From Batkoa obscura (taxonomy: Eukaryota): 64,000 nt of DNA. This document shows, one piece after another, positions 58,843 to 64,000 of this stretch; within the stretch, counting starts at the first letter, position 1; each line of letters starts with the position of its first letter. The DNA lies in NCBI GenBank assembly GCA_030770535.1, contig JASVEC010000027.1:310001-374000 (forward strand), in the 5' to 3' direction. The notes beneath the pieces are model-generated. The model worked only from the letters and a program-made list of their open reading frames with translations, was not told the origin of the DNA and did not search any database. The position numbers and the translations under genes are program-made.

Positions 58843-61706
58843 ATGGATTTATTTAAACAATTAGTCTACTCTTCCAATATAAGTCGAGAATATGAAATAT
58901 CAAACCCAAAAAATCAAATTGGATATTGGAAATTGCATGATGGTATAAGAAAAAATAACAAGATAAAAGTGACCGTATTTGTAAGTTTAAGATATTCATT
59001 TCAATAAATTTTATTCAAACTTAAATGTAATGGAATTAATTTAGATGTATGAAAAAAATGCAACTGAAAGTATATCCAATTTTGTAAATAATCAACAAAA
59101 TAGTAAAGAGAGTGAAAAGATTTCTCAAGTGTTAAAGAAAGAGGTAAACGTCATTGACAATCACTATTATCATTATTAAATCTAATCTCCCTCCTCTCGA
59201 TCAGGCCACTCAATTAGCCAGATTACGACACCCAAGCATGTAAGTCAGTAGAAACACTCATTCTTTTTTAGCCTCAATAAGGATATTATATTAATATCAA
59301 TTTTTTAAATAGATTACATATAGTTGAACCCTTAGAAGAATATCGATTATTATTAAATTTTTGCACTGAACCAATAGAATTATGTTTAAGTAATTTATTA
59401 TTACATAATTTACCATTGGGGACAAATTATGAGTTAGATGTTTTGGAGGTGAGTTATTTATAATAACACAGAATATAATCGATTTTTATTAGATCGGTTC
59501 ATAAATAACAATAATCTTTTGGGCAAGGAGAAAATCCAAAGTTGTAAGATACAACATAAATTTATAGTTTTGAATTTTTTAAGGGTTTTTTTTGATTAAA
59601 ACCTATTTTATTTAAATAGTTGAATTTTTCTAGGAAGATTATTGCTATTTCAATCATATAACTTCATTATTTTATATTTACCCAAAAGTTAATGTTATTT
59701 ATGGACCGAGCTAATATGTTAAATATTTACTTTTTATTATTTTTATTTTTAGTTTGTTTTTAACTCAATTAATAGATACAAAAAGGGTTATTACAATTAA
59801 GTAAAGGTTTACAATTTTGTCACGAAAGTGCCAATTTAATTCATGGTAATTTAATACCTAGTGCTATTTATATTACTACAAAGGGGGATTGGAAACTTGG
59901 TGGGTAAGCCTAATTAACTAATATTAAAACTCTTAGTATTGTATAATAGTTATTTTTATTAATAACTTATTTGCTAGTTTTGGCTTTTCAACCACTAAAG
60001 AATATAATAATCAACAATTAAATGAACCTCATTATTTTGAATATGATACTCAATTAGCTAAAGAAATTCAAGAAAGTTTAGATTATATGGGTAATATTCA
60101 TTCGCTAATATTATATTATATTATTTACGTTATATCATTTAATATAGCCCCTGAATATATCTTACATAATACAAAAGATTATTCAAATGACATATTTGCT
60201 TTAGGTTGTTTAATTTATGCCATATTCAATGATGGTAGAAGTTTATTGAAGACGAGGAATAATGTATTAGCATATAAAAATCAAATGGATAAATTGGCTA
60301 CTATTTCTTTGGATCAAGTACCAGAGTATTTTAGAGGTAGTATAAAATAACATATAATTACAAATGATATTAAAATATATTAAATAGATACGGTATATAA
60401 ATTGATTAATAGAAACCCAAATCAACGATTAAATTTATCACAATTTCAAGAATCCCCTTCTTTTAATAATGTATTAATTAAAAGTATACGTTATTTGGAT
60501 ATATTAATGCAACAACCTGTGGATAATAAAGCTAAATTTATGCAAGGATTAAATAAAATACTAAATCAATTCCCAGAGAAAGTATTATTAAAAAAAGTAA
60601 TAATAATAATATATAAATTATAAATTATAGATTATAAATTATAAATTATAAATTATAAATTATATATATAACATAATGTTAATATTTGTTTTTTTAAATA
60701 GATTTTACCTACCTTATTGGAAGAAATCAAAGACCCCAATTTGATACCATTTATTTATCCTAATTTAATTTATATAATGGAAAAAATTAATCCAATTGAA
60801 TTTAATGAATTAATTTATCCTAATTTAATATTTATTTATAAAATTAAATCACCACAACAATCTATTATTTATTTATTAAATAATTTACAACCAATAATGA
60901 AAAAATGTAATGATACTCAAGTTCAACAAGGTAAGTTAAGGAGAATAATAAGAACTTTAAAAATAATATATTAATGATATTTTATTATTTAGATATTTTG
61001 CCAATACTATCAACTAGTTTAGAATCTCAAGATGTCATTTTACAAGAATTAGGATTAAAAAAGTTAGCTGAGATAATTAATAAAGTAGATTATACGACAA
61101 TAAAAAATTCCATCTTTTTAAGAATACAGGTAATTTATTAATTATTATTATCGTTATAAAATTTAATTAGAAAATTAATAATTAGAAATTATATGTATCA
61201 ACAAGTGCATTAAATATTAAAATTGAAGTATTAAAAAGTATTAAACAAATGTTAAATGTATTTGATAAAGATTTATTAATTGATAAAATATTACCATTAT
61301 TAAAAAATACAAAAAGTAAAATACCAGAAGTCAAAGTAAGTTCTTTTATTTATTAATATTGTATTAATTAATTATTTTTATTATTGAATTTTATTGTTGA
61401 ATTTTATTATTTTATTAGATAGCAATGTATGAACTATATTATTCAATAGCAGATAAATCATTAGATTTAGAACAAATAGCTACTTTAATATTACCCGAAT
61501 TATGGCAATTAGTTATTAATCCACAATTTAGTTTACAACAAGTAATTAACTTTTATTATTCTATTTTATTATTAACTATTTTTATTTTTATTTTTATTTA
61601 GTTTCAATATGTTATGAAAGGTATAAAAATATTAAGTGGTAAATTAGAAAGAGAATTTGGTAATAAATTAAAACCAATTAGTAATGTTAATGGATTTTTA
61701 AATTAA
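58843..61706 (+). CDS. SCY1: SCY1/SCYL2-like pseudokinase with HEAT repeats, multi-exon
   Basis: LARLRHPS, F.TEP, EIQKGLLQLSKGLQFCH, IHGNL.PSAI.IT.KGDWKLGGFGF, LDYMAPEY, KAKFMQGL. Confidence 0.88.
59490..59713. mobile_element. MITE-like insertion in a SCY1 intron
   Basis: tagatcggttcataaataacaat...ttttggg pairs with cccaaaag..atgttatttatggaccgagcta; the intron is about 330 nt versus about 50 nt typical here. Confidence 0.7.
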
Positions 61707-61725
61707 AATATAAAAATAAAAGTAA

Positions 61726-61727
<2 letters not shown>

Positions 61728-61763
<36 letters not shown>
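61728..61763. repeat. (AAT)n microsatellite
   Basis: About 12 aat units between convergent genes. Confidence 0.9.
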
Positions 61764-61769
<6 letters not shown>

Positions 61770-61826
61770 TAAATCTATATAATTAACTTTAATAACGAAA
61801 TAAATAATACAATAAATTCATTCTCT

Positions 61827-64000
61827 CTAATGATTTAACATTCTAAGATAACAATCTTTTAATAATGGAATAATTAAATGTGATTGTATCTTATTATTAT
61901 TAAAGTCTACTTCAATCATTTTTTCCATTTTATCTTCTTCCATTTCTTTTTCTTTATATTTAAATCCATTCCATAATCTCATTATTTGTTTATCACAATT
62001 AATTGCATTTAATTTATTATTTAATTTTAAATACATTGTTTTTGTAATAATAATATTTTCCTTCTTTATTTGTTGAATTAATTTCATTAAATAATAAAAT
62101 TCTTTATATTGAATACAAGCATATAATAAATAATAATAAATCAACAAATCATTTTTTACTCCCATCACCCCTCCCTTTTTAATATATTCAAATAATTCAA
62201 TTCCCTTTTGTAATTCTCCATTTTTTATTAAAGCATACATTGAACTTGAATAAATTAATTGTGAATATTTAGATGATATTATATTATTAATAATTTCATT
62301 AATATTACAACCATTTAATAAAATAGATGCCATTGGTAGTAAACTATATTGATTAGGTAATAATTGATATTTTTCAATCATTAATGTATAAGTAATATTA
62401 ATATAATTAATAAGTTGATATTGATTAAATAAATAAATAAAATGATTAAATATTGAAAGGTTAGGTACTAAATTAGAAGTAATTAAATCATTAAATATTA
62501 TTTCAATAATCTTTTTCTTTTCTTTTTCTTTTATATTATTATCTTCTATTTCATTATTATTTTTTAATCCATCTAATAAATGATAATAAGTCATTAAATT
62601 TGGTTGAATATTTTCATTTTTCATTTCTATATATAATTCAAATCCTTTCTTTACTTTTCCTAATTTACCTAATTGTCTTAAAAATAAATTATAAGTAATT
62701 TGATCTTTTTTAAATATATCATCTTCCATTATAATTACTCCACCCTCTTCTTTGATTCTATTTTCATTTAATTTCGTATACGCTTTAACCATACAAGAAT
62801 AAATAATTTGATTAATTGATATATTTTCTTGCTTAATTATTTGATATATCTTCCATAATTTATCCCATTGTTTTACTTTAGAATAACCATCCATTAATAT
62901 TGAATATTCAAATTCATTAGGTTGAATTCCTTTTTGTTTCATATCTAATAATATATTTTCAGCAAAAGAAAATTGTTGAATTGTTACATAAAATTTAATA
63001 AAATTACAATAAATATATTTATCTAATGGGAAAGAAGAGGCTTTGAGATTAAAATAAATCTTATTAACAATTTCAATTTGTTGACGTAAATACGGTTTCT
63101 TTTTATATGAAATAATATAATTATCATTAAATGGTAAAATACAACATTTTAATAAAATACTAAATGTATGTAAATCAGGTATTATATTCTTTTGTTTCAT
63201 ATCTATTAATACTTGTTGAATACCCTGCCAATATCTATATTGTGAAAATATTTGAAGAAACATATTTAATGTCCATGTATCTATTTTAATATTAGTTGAG
63301 AAAATAGAGGTATAAGTAGCTAATGCTAATTGAGGTTCGTTTCGTTTAAAATTTAATAAGACTTCTGCTGATAATGTGTATTGATCTTTCGATATATTTT
63401 CTGTTTTAAAATGATCTAAAGTCATTAAGCTACTTTCAATATCATTGAGTTGAACATAAGCAGAGAATAAATGATTCAATATAAAAGTATCTAAGGCATA
63501 CTGTTTTTTTACTAAATATTGAGCAAATTCAATAATATTATGATATTCTTTTAATTCTAAGCATGCTTTCAAATAATTTTGGATTTGTTTTTTGTCAATA
63601 TTATAATTTAATTTAATCATATCTTCAGTGATTATTTTAATATTATAACAATTTTCTTTAAATTCACAACATTGATATAAATAAATCATTCTTTCAAATA
63701 CTCTACTTTCCAACTCTTTTAGACTCTCAACTGAGACTTCTTTAATATCTAAATAACTTTCCCATACTTGTTCTAATTCAATTATTTGTTGAGATTTTAA
63801 TATTGATTTTAATTTTTTAATCCTTTTTTGTAATCGTAAATTTTGCCATTCTTCATTGGTATCTTGTTGAACTTTTAGTTGATTATTGCTTCGACTACGT
63901 GCTTGTCTCCTTAAACGAGAGTTGTCATATTCTATTGAAGACTCAGTAACGGATTTAAAAAAGTCGGTAGTTAGTTGGACAGAGGAAGAGGGGATGTGAG
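61827..64000 (-). CDS. Pentatricopeptide-repeat (PPR) protein, 5' end outside the window
   Basis: Repeats such as MKQKGIQPNEFEYSILMDGY, DQITYNLFL, IQPNLMTY; the frame stays open from 63713 to the window end. Confidence 0.88.
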   Translation of the reverse strand, partial: HIPSSSVQLTTDFFKSVTESSIEYDNSRLRRQARSRSNNQLKVQQDTNEEWQNLRLQKRIKKLKSILKSQQIIELEQVWESYLDIKEVSVESLKELESRVFERMIYLYQCCEFKENCYNIKIITEDMIKLNYNIDKKQIQNYLKACLELKEYHNIIEFAQYLVKKQYALDTFILNHLFSAYVQLNDIESSLMTLDHFKTENISKDQYTLSAEVLLNFKRNEPQLALATYTSIFSTNIKIDTWTLNMFLQIFSQYRYWQGIQQVLIDMKQKNIIPDLHTFSILLKCCILPFNDNYIISYKKKPYLRQQIEIVNKIYFNLKASSFPLDKYIYCNFIKFYVTIQQFSFAENILLDMKQKGIQPNEFEYSILMDGYSKVKQWDKLWKIYQIIKQENISINQIIYSCMVKAYTKLNENRIKEEGGVIIMEDDIFKKDQITYNLFLRQLGKLGKVKKGFELYIEMKNENIQPNLMTYYHLLDGLKNNNEIEDNNIKEKEKKKIIEIIFNDLITSNLVPNLSIFNHFIYLFNQYQLINYINITYTLMIEKYQLLPNQYSLLPMASILLNGCNINEIINNIISSKYSQLIYSSSMYALIKNGELQKGIELFEYIKKGGVMGVKNDLLIYYYLLYACIQYKEFYYLMKLIQQIKKENIIITKTMYLKLNNKLNAINCDKQIMRLWNGFKYKEKEMEEDKMEKMIEVDFNNNKIQSHLIIPLLKDCYLRMLNH

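Overview
Very AT-rich eukaryotic DNA with many short (about 45-60 nt) GT-AG introns. Gene content (Zn2Cys6 transcription factor, Ste7-type MAP2K, Wss1, expanded F-box/LRR family, GDP-fucose synthase) points to an early-diverging fungus; an Entomophthoromycotina/Conidiobolus-like organism is my inference. About 20 apparently intact genes are present: IPI1/TEX10-like (5' partial), Zn2Cys6 TF, STE7, SLX9, WSS1, three tandem CaM kinases, a Groucho/TLE-type corepressor, PCF11, DHFR, a RasGEF-domain protein, an F-box protein, PNP, an orphan coiled-coil protein, GDP-L-fucose synthase, two calmodulin-like genes, a P450, a SCY1-like pseudokinase and a PPR protein (5' partial). There are also six host-gene pseudogenes, a decayed Sola-like transposase, 14 copies of a ~100-bp MITE with 4-bp AT-rich target-site duplications, and several foldback elements. 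The most striking finding is the spliced gene at 20554-23065 (minus strand). It encodes both a Q-domain-like N-terminus and a WD40 propeller with Groucho/TLE motifs rather than fungal Tup1 motifs, and several of its introns appear to sit where animal TLE introns sit. All comparisons to known proteins were made by eye from memory; no searches were run.
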